From the IMG/VR virus record IMGVR_UViG_3300021958_000041, positions 21,197 through 85,196 of that record: a DNA stretch of 64,000 bases, one strand, 5' to 3'. This document shows, one piece after another, positions 40,162 through 48,558 of the stretch (position 1 is the first letter of the stretch; each line of letters begins with the position of its first letter). The DNA is from a virus. Its lineage: Duplodnaviria > Caudoviricetes. A model generated the notes under the pieces. That model was not told where the DNA came from, did not search any database, and saw only the letters and a program-made list of their open reading frames with translations. Position numbers and translations under genes: made by a program.

Positions 40162-40662
40162 ATGGAGAAAACATTAATAAATCACGTATGCTCTTTAGGC
40201 TTTAATTGCATGCCATCCTTTTTCCTACAAGCACAATCTTTAAAAATAAAAAGCTACCCAATTGATTGGTGTTTTAGTAGTCAGAAAGCAATAAGATATT
40301 GTATAAAAAATAAGTTCAAGGATTTTTTAAATACAGATTTGCATAAACGTTATCCGAAAAACAAAAACTATATATATAATATTAAAACTAAAATAATTTA
40401 CCCACATGGTCGTCATCCACTCAACGATATGCCATATTATGAAAGGTGCGTTGCGAGATTTAATAAAATGATTGAAAGTGGGGAGCCAATCCTTTTCGTT
40501 ACAAGTTTCAAAAAAAGAAATCTACTCGAAGCTGAACTCAGGAAATTGAATGAAAACATTTATTTTATTGAAATTCATGGAAGGAGAAAAGAAGTTGAAA
40601 GCTTGCATTTGATTAACAAAGAATACGATTTAAGAAAAAAATACGAAATAAAATTAAAATGA
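40162..40662 (+). CDS. DUF1796-like putative papain-type peptidase
   Basis: SLGFNC, SYPIDW, YERCVARF motifs. Confidence 0.65.
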   Translation: MEKTLINHVCSLGFNCMPSFFLQAQSLKIKSYPIDWCFSSQKAIRYCIKNKFKDFLNTDLHKRYPKNKNYIYNIKTKIIYPHGRHPLNDMPYYERCVARFNKMIESGEPILFVTSFKKRNLLEAELRKLNENIYFIEIHGRRKEVESLHLINKEYDLRKKYEIKLK

Positions 40663-41930
40663 AAAAATTAACAATAGGTTCCGCAGTATACGATGACCCT
40701 GAAGGTGTGTGGTACACATATCAATCATTGCGATTGAATAATAAAGATATATTAGACCAAATAGATTTTATAGTAGTCGATAACCACCCAACAGGATTGC
40801 CATCTAAAGATACAAGAGCAATATGTAGAGACTTATCAATAAATTACATCCCTAGTGGAGAGCGCAGGACAACGGCTATAAGGAATAAGATATTTGAAAA
40901 TTCTAAAACTCCTTGGACTATGTGCATTGATAGCCATGTATTATTCGAACCTGAAACAATTAAAAACCTAATAAACTGGTTGGATAAAAATCCTGATTGT
41001 GAAGACTTAATACAAGGTCCACTCCTATATGATTTTTTCGATAAAGAAAAATCCATATCAACTCACATGAACCCGACTTGGCGCTCATATATGTATGGAA
41101 TTTGGGCAAGAGATGAAAGAGGAGAAGATATTAATGGTGAGCCTTTTGAGATACCAATGCAAGGATTAGGTGTATTTGCCTGTAAGACAGACAAATGGCT
41201 ACCATTTCACCCCTTATTTAAAGGATTTGGTGGCGAGGAAGGATATATACATGAGAAGTTCAGGAAAGCAGGAAGAAAAACATTATGCCTACCTTTCTTG
41301 AGGTGGTTGCATAAATTCAGGAAATCTGAGCCAGTACCTTATCCAAATATAGTAGAGGAAAGAATTCACAATTATACAATTGGTCATTTGGATAATGGAA
41401 AGAATTTAGACTCAATGAGAAAACATTTTGAAGAAAATTTAGGAGCGTTGAAAACAAGAAACTCAATTGAGTCAGCGGAAGAAATATTTAAAGCTCACAA
41501 AGAAGACCCAGAGATGATAGAGCAGATGTTTTTTGAGAACGACAGCATAGAGGTAGCGCCCAAGCCTCCAAAAGAAGATGTCGAACCTAGAGATTTAGCT
41601 TGGTCAGGAGTTATTATTACCCGACCAAAGAATGCAGACAAAATTAAGAAAGTCCGTGTAATACCTAAAAAATCGTTATTAGATAAAGTCTACCTAACTC
41701 CCTTAAGTGTATATAATAAAGAGAAAGGCAAGTACCAACCCAAAGCGAATAAGGAGTTTACAAAAGAAGGATTCGTACTTGATGTAGGAGAAGCTATAGA
41801 TTTTGAATTTGACGAAAAATTCGAGACTAATTCATTTGAAATATATCCCGCCAAAGACCCTTTACATATAAGGCATATGGAGGTCTTTTACACTCTAGAT
41901 AATAAAGAGTGGACTCAATTCGTATTTTAG
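40659..41930 (+). CDS. GT-A glycosyltransferase with DSH motif (GT2/GT27/GT60-like)
   Basis: VVDN, CIDSHVLF, GLGVFAC, FKGFGGEE, WLH motifs; extra C-terminal domain. Confidence 0.72.
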   Translation: MKKLTIGSAVYDDPEGVWYTYQSLRLNNKDILDQIDFIVVDNHPTGLPSKDTRAICRDLSINYIPSGERRTTAIRNKIFENSKTPWTMCIDSHVLFEPETIKNLINWLDKNPDCEDLIQGPLLYDFFDKEKSISTHMNPTWRSYMYGIWARDERGEDINGEPFEIPMQGLGVFACKTDKWLPFHPLFKGFGGEEGYIHEKFRKAGRKTLCLPFLRWLHKFRKSEPVPYPNIVEERIHNYTIGHLDNGKNLDSMRKHFEENLGALKTRNSIESAEEIFKAHKEDPEMIEQMFFENDSIEVAPKPPKEDVEPRDLAWSGVIITRPKNADKIKKVRVIPKKSLLDKVYLTPLSVYNKEKGKYQPKANKEFTKEGFVLDVGEAIDFEFDEKFETNSFEIYPAKDPLHIRHMEVFYTLDNKEWTQFVF

Positions 41931-41933
41931 TTA

Positions 41934-43349
41934 ATGGATAACGAATTAGCTCATGAAGGCAGGCTAGCGCTAACAAAGCAGGCTCGCTCAGATTTAATGG
42001 CTTATGTATTAGCCAATGACCCTCTGTATATACCCTCAAAAGTTCATGTATATTTATGTGATAAGTTGCAAAAGCTAATCGAATCTAAAGGTGAACGTAG
42101 GCTCATTATAAATATGCCCCCACAGCATGGTAAGAGTAGACTTGTTGCTGAAGAGTTTGCTTCCTATCTACTTGGAATAGACCCGTCTCAAAATATTGTA
42201 ATTGCTGGATACAACACTGAGCTGCCATTAAAAAACTCAAAATCTATTCGCAGGCGCTTTGATAGTGATACATACAGAGCTATTTTCCCAAAATCAAAAA
42301 TGTCTGCTGACACTAGAACTGCAAACAATTGGATGACTACCGAATTAGGTGGAATTAGAGCAGTTGGTCTAGGCGCAGGATTGACGGGAAATCGAGCGTC
42401 ATGTCTTATTATTGATGACCCGCACAAGGATAGAGCCGCAGCGGAATCTCTTACATCCAGAGAACATGTTTGGGATTGGTATCAATCAGTTGCTATGACA
42501 CGACTAACTCCTGATAGTATAGTTATAATAATTATGACTAGATGGCATGAAGATGATTTAGTAGGAAGATTGAGTGATGAAAAATACATCGAGCAATTAA
42601 CATCTCAAGGTTTTGAAAATCAAGTATATGAAATCATTAACTTTCCAGCAATTTGCGAAGACGAAGATAATGATATGCTAGGCAGGAAAAATGGTGAAGC
42701 ATTATGGCCTGAAAATAAAGATACAAACTTTATAGAAGCGAGAAAAGTTATGCTTACTCCGTATGAATATAATGCACTATACAGAGGTAATCCAGTATCC
42801 AAAGGTGGTAACATAGTAGACATTAATATGCTCAACTTTATAGATGCGCATGAAGTACCCCCCAATATAGAAAAAGTCAGAGCTTGGGATTTAGCTATAA
42901 CGACAAAACAAACATCTGATTTTACCGCATCTGCATTATGCGCATATGACAAGCAGCAAGATATATTTTACATAACAAATGTATTTAAAAAAAGAATGAA
43001 TTGGCATGAAATAAAAAGAACTGTCAATAGATACGCAGACTTAGAGGTTAATAGAATTGGAGTCGAAGCCGTTTCTGGATTCATAGCAGCGTATGAGGAG
43101 ATAAAAGAGGAAAGAATGGGCAAGAATATAGTAACAGCACTAACTCCGAAAGGAGATAAGCTAACTAAAGCTAACCCTTGGTTAGCGAAAGTAGAAGCTG
43201 GCAGAGTGATGGTAGTAAAAGGAAATTGGAATTATGACTTTATTGAAGAATTAAGAACTTTTCCAGACGGAAAGCATGACGACCAAATAGATGCAGTTAC
43301 ACTATGTTGGAATATGATAAATAAAGCTTCGAGATTATTACTAGCATGA
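41934..43349 (+). CDS. terL: terminase large subunit
   Basis: Walker A NMPPQHGKS, Walker B LIIDDPHK, MTRWHEDD, nuclease RAWDLA and HDDQIDA. Confidence 0.95.
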   Translation: MDNELAHEGRLALTKQARSDLMAYVLANDPLYIPSKVHVYLCDKLQKLIESKGERRLIINMPPQHGKSRLVAEEFASYLLGIDPSQNIVIAGYNTELPLKNSKSIRRRFDSDTYRAIFPKSKMSADTRTANNWMTTELGGIRAVGLGAGLTGNRASCLIIDDPHKDRAAAESLTSREHVWDWYQSVAMTRLTPDSIVIIIMTRWHEDDLVGRLSDEKYIEQLTSQGFENQVYEIINFPAICEDEDNDMLGRKNGEALWPENKDTNFIEARKVMLTPYEYNALYRGNPVSKGGNIVDINMLNFIDAHEVPPNIEKVRAWDLAITTKQTSDFTASALCAYDKQQDIFYITNVFKKRMNWHEIKRTVNRYADLEVNRIGVEAVSGFIAAYEEIKEERMGKNIVTALTPKGDKLTKANPWLAKVEAGRVMVVKGNWNYDFIEELRTFPDGKHDDQIDAVTLCWNMINKASRLLLA

Positions 43350-43390
43350 AAGTTGACGTATTTTGCCTATTATATAAGTATTATATGTAA

Positions 43391-43555
43391 ATGAATGATA
43401 ATTTCTTTATGGGAACTATAGGCGCTAGCGGAACGGCTGGCACTTTCTTATTAAACGATGTAAATCCAGTTTTGGGTTTTATATGTGGTGTTCTTACCAT
43501 CATTCACTTAGGGATATGTATTTACAAAAAATCAAAAGATGGAAAAGATAAATAA
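43391..43555 (+). CDS. small membrane protein, holin-like (54 aa, absent from ORF track)
   Basis: MNDNFFMGTIGASGTAGTFLLNDVNPVLGFICGVLTIIHLGICIYKKSKDGKDK: hydrophobic segments and a basic tail. Confidence 0.55.
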   Translation: MNDNFFMGTIGASGTAGTFLLNDVNPVLGFICGVLTIIHLGICIYKKSKDGKDK

Positions 43556-43733
43556 AATACAAAAAGCCCAGCAAATTCGCATGCAGAATATAACTAGTGC
43601 GAAGAAAGATTTGGCTAATATAGTTACGAAAGTAGATAACACAATAGGTAGAAATAAGATTACTGTGACGGAGGCATGCCGTTCAAATAATATATCAACT
43701 GAAAGATATTATAGGTTTAAAAGGAATAGCTAA
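43539..43733 (+). CDS. hypothetical protein (possible HTH-like C-terminus)
   Basis: 64 aa; TVTEACRSNNISTERYYR. Confidence 0.45.
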   Translation: MEKINKIQKAQQIRMQNITSAKKDLANIVTKVDNTIGRNKITVTEACRSNNISTERYYRFKRNS

Positions 43734-43963
43734 TGAACTTTGACGGCTATGTTCTAATAGGTATAGGCGTAGCAGTCAGCGTACTTGGATTCTTCCTTAA
43801 ACGATTAAAAGAAGAAGTTGATAGTTTTGACAGAATAAATACAAGGACTCAAATAGAGTTAGCTAAATGCGGCGAGCGAATAAAAGTTCTCGAAAAACTA
43901 TCAGAAGACAGAAGAGAAGATGTTCGTAAATTATACGACATATTATCATCAAAAGGTAAGTAA
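43733..43963 (+). CDS. N-terminal TM plus coiled-coil protein
   Basis: Hydrophobic residues 5-23 followed by charged heptads; TAATG coupling. Confidence 0.6.
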   Translation: MNFDGYVLIGIGVAVSVLGFFLKRLKEEVDSFDRINTRTQIELAKCGERIKVLEKLSEDRREDVRKLYDILSSKGK

Positions 43964-44283
43964 TGAAAAAAGAGCTTAATGAGAATATGCAAGTTAAAGC
44001 AAATCTTGCATTTATGGCTAAGACTATAGCTTTAGTGGGAACTTGTGTTTGGGGTTATTCCGAAATATGGAATAAGATTAGTACTATTGAAAATGAATTA
44101 ATACGCATGAATCATACGATGGAGCTTAATAGTGAGTTTCGTATTAAATGGCCCCGTGGAGAAATTGGAGCATTACCAGCAGATGCAACTCAGAATATGA
44201 ATATTGAGCATCTAAAGAATCGCGTAGATAAACTTGACGAGCATGTAGATAGCCTACGATATAAAGGAACTGATAAGCCATAA
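43963..44283 (+). CDS. membrane-anchored coiled-coil hypothetical protein
   Basis: 106 aa; TAATG coupling on both sides. Confidence 0.6.
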   Translation: MKKELNENMQVKANLAFMAKTIALVGTCVWGYSEIWNKISTIENELIRMNHTMELNSEFRIKWPRGEIGALPADATQNMNIEHLKNRVDKLDEHVDSLRYKGTDKP

Positions 44284-44747
44284 TGTTTGAATTACTCACA
44301 ATGTTCCTTACTGGAGGAGGTTCCGCTGCACTCGGAGCTATACTAAAAGGAGTGTTTGGAGCAATTAATGATAGCCGCGTACAAAAATATGAGCTAGAGT
44401 TAGCTAGAGAATGTAGAGGAAATGAATTTGCACTTAAATTTCAGGAACAAATGTCAAGCGGTGAAGGTGGCGCTTTTACTCGCGCCACTCGTAGGCTTCT
44501 TGCTCTTATCCTCATGTCTACACTCTCAGCGGTCGTCATCCTCTGTACCCTCTTCCCGTCAGCAGAAATCATCACACTCACCAACCCAAGCGGAGAAGGA
44601 AGCACATCCTTCCTCTTTGGACTCATCGAATTCCCTTCTAAACAGTCGCCCGTTATGGTTACAACTGGACATTTAAGTGCTTATTTTGTTGTAATTCTAG
44701 CCCCTATGGTGACGGGATTTTACTTTACGCCAGGCGGTAGAAAATAA
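44283..44747 (+). CDS. holin-like multi-TM protein
   Basis: Three hydrophobic segments; RR before TM2, GFYF near C-terminus. Confidence 0.55.
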   Translation: MFELLTMFLTGGGSAALGAILKGVFGAINDSRVQKYELELARECRGNEFALKFQEQMSSGEGGAFTRATRRLLALILMSTLSAVVILCTLFPSAEIITLTNPSGEGSTSFLFGLIEFPSKQSPVMVTTGHLSAYFVVILAPMVTGFYFTPGGRK

Positions 44748-44759
44748 TACAATACAATT

Positions 44760-45059
44760 ATGAACTTAGACAGAATTAAAGAAAAACTTTCAAATTTAGC
44801 TAAAGATGATGCAATGCTTAGTCGTTGGATGCAGAAATTAAAGAATAACCCACAATCGGTTAAGGCTGTAGCAAAATGGGCATCTGATAAAAAAGATAAA
44901 AAGAACATTATAGCTCAATTTCATAACACATTGAACTCCGTTAAGAAAGCAGCACAATTTCCTCATCCGAAAGCTAAAGCACCTGAACAACCTCAGGAGC
45001 GTGTATTATCTAGGTTTGAGAGACGCAGATTAATGCAAGAAGCTAGAGAAAGCGAGTAG
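44760..45059 (+). CDS. hypothetical protein
   Basis: 99-aa basic ORF. Confidence 0.55.
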   Translation: MNLDRIKEKLSNLAKDDAMLSRWMQKLKNNPQSVKAVAKWASDKKDKKNIIAQFHNTLNSVKKAAQFPHPKAKAPEQPQERVLSRFERRRLMQEARESE

Positions 45060-45073
45060 CTCCCGCAATTAAG

Positions 45074-45105
45074 GTATTGACAAGTCAATACTTTAATTAT
45101 AGTTT
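45074..45105 (+). promoter_or_regulatory. sigma70-like promoter overlapped by a palindromic operator
   Basis: TTGACA(45077)-N17-TAGTTT; perfect inverted repeat GTATTGAC-AA-GTCAATAC at 45074-45091. Confidence 0.65.
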
Positions 45106-45113
45106 AGTTCCAT

Positions 45114-45326
45114 ATGCAAAATAATATGGAAGTAAAAAAGGGAAGAAAAGCATTGCCCGCACATGAGCGTAAGCAGATGTATTCCTTTCGGATAGACCCA
45201 TATCTTAGAAAGAAGTTACAACATGTATCAGTAACTACAGGAAGACCTATGTCTTACTTGATTGAAGTATCTCTAAAGGATTTTCTTAATAAAATAAAAT
45301 TACCAAATCAAGATAACAATCAATGA
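45114..45326 (+). CDS. ribbon-helix-helix (CopG/Arc-like) DNA-binding protein
   Basis: MYSFRIDPYLRKKLQHVSVTTGRPMSYLIEVSL strand-helix-helix pattern. Confidence 0.7.
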   Translation: MQNNMEVKKGRKALPAHERKQMYSFRIDPYLRKKLQHVSVTTGRPMSYLIEVSLKDFLNKIKLPNQDNNQ

Positions 45327-45730
45327 AAGTATTTGTTTACGGAACACTAAAAAGAGGTGAAGGTAATAATGGATTATTACTAGGGTGCGGTGCAGATTTT
45401 CTTGTGGATGCAAGAACTAAAGAACCTAGAAAACTAGTAGTTAATGGTCTGCCATACTTAAACCGCCCAGAAATCGAAGGTGGAGTTCATGTCAAGGGTG
45501 AGATATGGGAAGTACCAGACGCAATGATTTGGAGGCTTGACCAACTTGAGGGTCACCCTGATTGGTATAAGCGTCAAGAAGATGAGTTTTTAGATGAAAG
45601 CGGAGGAGTTTGGAAAGCTTGGGTGTATTACATTCAATCCACTCAAGAAGGAAGAGCGGTAGAAAACTATGGAGAACCTAGCTACTCCATAGAAAATGAT
45701 GTTTTCTCGCCAAATTATACTGATTACTAA
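45323..45730 (+). CDS. gamma-glutamylcyclotransferase (AIG2-like)
   Basis: VFVYGTLKRG, V.GE.W.V, LDQLEGHP..Y.R, AWVY. Confidence 0.88.
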   Translation: MKVFVYGTLKRGEGNNGLLLGCGADFLVDARTKEPRKLVVNGLPYLNRPEIEGGVHVKGEIWEVPDAMIWRLDQLEGHPDWYKRQEDEFLDESGGVWKAWVYYIQSTQEGRAVENYGEPSYSIENDVFSPNYTDY

Positions 45731-47559
45731 TGAGAAAATGTTCATTGGAAGCAGGAAAGCTTTCTCTGTCATTTTCTTATTCTCCTGATTTGGTTAATGG
45801 CATTAAGGAATTACCTCCTTATTGCAGAAAGTGGAACCCAAAAGAAAAAAAGTGGATTTTAAATTTACAAGTTTCTAATCCAAAGTTTGTAGCACATCAG
45901 CTACACATTTTCCTAGACGAAAATCAGTTCACTATTGAGGAAAATGCTAAAGCTGAAATTGCAAAATATTTACCTAAAGAATTGATGGTAAGTGAGGACG
46001 ATGAGTCATTAAAAGACTCATTGAGTGTTGATGCCGAAATTGACTTAGATGTCATGCTTGAGCCAAGACCATTTCAAAAAGCGGGTGTGAGCTATTTATT
46101 GAAACACCCTAAGAGTTTCTTGGCTGACGAAATGGGTTTAGGTAAAACTGGTCAAGCAATTAGCGTAATGCATCACACGCAAGCTTTCCCATGCCTAATT
46201 GCCTGCCCAGCATCTTTGCAAATAAACTGGAAGAGAGAGATTTTTAAATGGGTAGGAGACTTAACAAGCGTATCTACTACCCCCAATAGAGATAGCGAAT
46301 GGAATATAATTCCATATACGCAATTAAAGAAATATAAAGATGTTATAGATACTATTCCATATAAAGGATTAGTTTGTGATGAGAGCCACTACCTAAAGAG
46401 TGGTAAAGCACAAAGAACAAAGCAAGTTAAGAAGCTTGCTAAGAGAATACCCAGAGTCCACTTATTAAGCGGTACACCTATTGTTAATAGACCCTCAGAG
46501 CTAATATCCCAACTGGAAATCATTGGAATGCTTGAGGAGCTTGGAGGATGGAAGAATTTCGTATCTGATTATTGCGCAGCTTATAGGGATAAATTTGGTC
46601 TTAATATATCAGGAGCAAAAAACTTAAAAACTTTAAATACAGAATTAAGAAAGCGTTGTTATATAAGGCGTATGAAAAAAGATGTCTTAAAGGAGTTACC
46701 TGACAAGCAAAGAATAATAGTTGATGTAGAAATAGCAGACTGGAAAGAATATAATAAATCTGAATCCATAGTTTTAGCAAAAATAGAAGCGTTATCTGAG
46801 GAGTATGAGCAAAATGCTTACAATGTTTATACTGTTATAGATGAATATAATCTTGCAGACGCTAAACAATATGTAATTAAGGAATTAAATAAACCATCGG
46901 ACGATTATTTATTAATAATAAACAATTGTAAAAGCATCAAAGAGCTTAAGCAAAAGTCCACAGAATTATTTATGCGTAAGTCTGACAATGTAGTCAACGC
47001 GCAGGCTCTAATGTTGCTCAATGAATTAAAGAAAGTTTGCGCCCAACAAAAAATGGAATCTGTTCTTGAATGGGTAGAAAGCTTTATGGAAAATGACCAA
47101 AAATTAGTGCTTTTTGCCGACCATATTGAGATTCAAAAAATGCTTATTAATAGATTAGCTAAACATAAACCTTGTTCAGTCCTAGGAGAGATGCAAGTAG
47201 AGGAAAGACAGCAGAATGTAGATTTATTTCAAAATGACGACTCCCGCAAAATAATAGTGTGTTCACTACAGGCAGCAGGAGTTGGACTTACACTCACTGC
47301 ATCAAGTAATGTCGCCTTCGTTCAGTGCGGATGGACTCCTGCGCTACATGACCAAGCAGAAGACAGAACACATAGAATTGGCCAAGAGAACGCAGTGAGT
47401 TGCTTTTATTTATTATGCCCTAAAAGTATAGATGAAGATATATGGAATATAATAGAAGAGAAGAGAAAAGTTGTTAATAAAGCAAGTGATGGAAGATTCT
47501 CAGGAAAATCCGACATAGCGAGTTTAGTTAACAAAGTTAAGAATAGAGTTAATCAATAA
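45730..47559 (+). CDS. SNF2-family helicase (HARP/SMARCAL1-like)
   Basis: ADEMGLGKT, CDESH, LSGTPI, RRMKKDVL, AAGVGLTLT, QAEDRTHRIGQ; N-terminal HARP-like segment. Confidence 0.92.
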   Translation: MRKCSLEAGKLSLSFSYSPDLVNGIKELPPYCRKWNPKEKKWILNLQVSNPKFVAHQLHIFLDENQFTIEENAKAEIAKYLPKELMVSEDDESLKDSLSVDAEIDLDVMLEPRPFQKAGVSYLLKHPKSFLADEMGLGKTGQAISVMHHTQAFPCLIACPASLQINWKREIFKWVGDLTSVSTTPNRDSEWNIIPYTQLKKYKDVIDTIPYKGLVCDESHYLKSGKAQRTKQVKKLAKRIPRVHLLSGTPIVNRPSELISQLEIIGMLEELGGWKNFVSDYCAAYRDKFGLNISGAKNLKTLNTELRKRCYIRRMKKDVLKELPDKQRIIVDVEIADWKEYNKSESIVLAKIEALSEEYEQNAYNVYTVIDEYNLADAKQYVIKELNKPSDDYLLIINNCKSIKELKQKSTELFMRKSDNVVNAQALMLLNELKKVCAQQKMESVLEWVESFMENDQKLVLFADHIEIQKMLINRLAKHKPCSVLGEMQVEERQQNVDLFQNDDSRKIIVCSLQAAGVGLTLTASSNVAFVQCGWTPALHDQAEDRTHRIGQENAVSCFYLLCPKSIDEDIWNIIEEKRKVVNKASDGRFSGKSDIASLVNKVKNRVNQ

Positions 47560-47599
47560 AATGTATTGACATTATTATAAAATAGGGGAATATATAAAT

Positions 47600-47785
47600 A
47601 TGAATGAATGTGAGAAATTAGTAAAAATATTAGATAACGAAAAAGTAATTGAATGCTTAGATTTAAGAGATGGAGATGGTAAGCCTGTGAATGACCCGCA
47701 ATTAGTTGAATTTTTAAGCAATATTTATAATCAAGCTGTCGATAACTGCAAAAAAGCAATTGAAGAATATTATCAAAATGAATAA
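47600..47785 (+). CDS. hypothetical protein
   Basis: 61-aa ORF with A-rich leader. Confidence 0.5.
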   Translation: MNECEKLVKILDNEKVIECLDLRDGDGKPVNDPQLVEFLSNIYNQAVDNCKKAIEEYYQNE

Positions 47786-48377
47786 AAATGAGCCAAGAAT
47801 AACAAAGATGAAAATAAGTGATATTTTTGTCGATGAAGAATCTAACGCAAGAGATTTAGATGATGAAAGATTCAAGAAGCTTAGAGAAAGTTTAAATACT
47901 TTTGGCAACTTGCAGCCTATAGTTGTTAATGAAGCCACAAATAAGCTAGTTGGTGGTCATCAAAGATTAAAGATTTTATCAGAAACCTCAGATGAGGTTG
48001 ATGTATGGCTTGTGAACTTAGATGAATTTCAGGAACAATCAGCTAGTTTAGCCTTAAATAACGAAGTTGGAGAATTTGATGATAATGCTCTTAGTGAAAT
48101 AATTAAAGGATTTGATTCAGAGCAAGTCTACTTAACAGGATTTGACGACAATTTAATAGAGCAGATAACTACTGAATTAGATGATAGCTTAGAGCAAGGA
48201 ACAGAAGAGCTTTCAGAAAAGATGGAGATATATAAAATCACATTAGATTTTGAGAGTTTAGAGAGTAAATTTAGATTTGAGTCATTTATAGAGCAATGTA
48301 AGTTGCATGCTGGTCACAATAGACCAATAACTGACCACATGTTTGAATTAATAGATAACGATAAAAATAACGAATAA
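47778..48377 (+). CDS. ParB/Srx-like N-terminal domain protein
   Basis: NAR, FGNLQPIVVN, GGHQRL, ALNN..GEFD. Confidence 0.82.
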   Translation: MNKNEPRITKMKISDIFVDEESNARDLDDERFKKLRESLNTFGNLQPIVVNEATNKLVGGHQRLKILSETSDEVDVWLVNLDEFQEQSASLALNNEVGEFDDNALSEIIKGFDSEQVYLTGFDDNLIEQITTELDDSLEQGTEELSEKMEIYKITLDFESLESKFRFESFIEQCKLHAGHNRPITDHMFELIDNDKNNE

Positions 48378-48378
48378 A

Positions 48379-48558
48379 ATGAATATAGACTCAATAGCAT
48401 ACGAACACTCAATTGCTTACTACTCAAGTGATTGGTGTTATTATAATAAAGAGCTTTCTGCCATAGAGCATGGAGCAATACTCGCAGGAGCAAAGCTTCG
48501 AGCAAAAGATAGAGAGAAGCGTAAGAATAGAATTAAAAGAAAGCCAAAAGCGAAATGA
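48379..48558 (+). CDS. small hypothetical protein (59 aa, absent from ORF track)
   Basis: MNIDSIAYEHS...KRKPKAK; fills gap and overlaps the methyltransferase start by ATGA. Confidence 0.5.
   Translation: MNIDSIAYEHSIAYYSSDWCYYNKELSAIEHGAILAGAKLRAKDREKRKNRIKRKPKAK

Noticed and set aside
5471-47559. Inteins or introns in capsid, TerL or helicase
   Set aside because: No intein splice motifs, homing endonuclease motifs or frame breaks; the extra capsid length is an N-terminal scaffold domain
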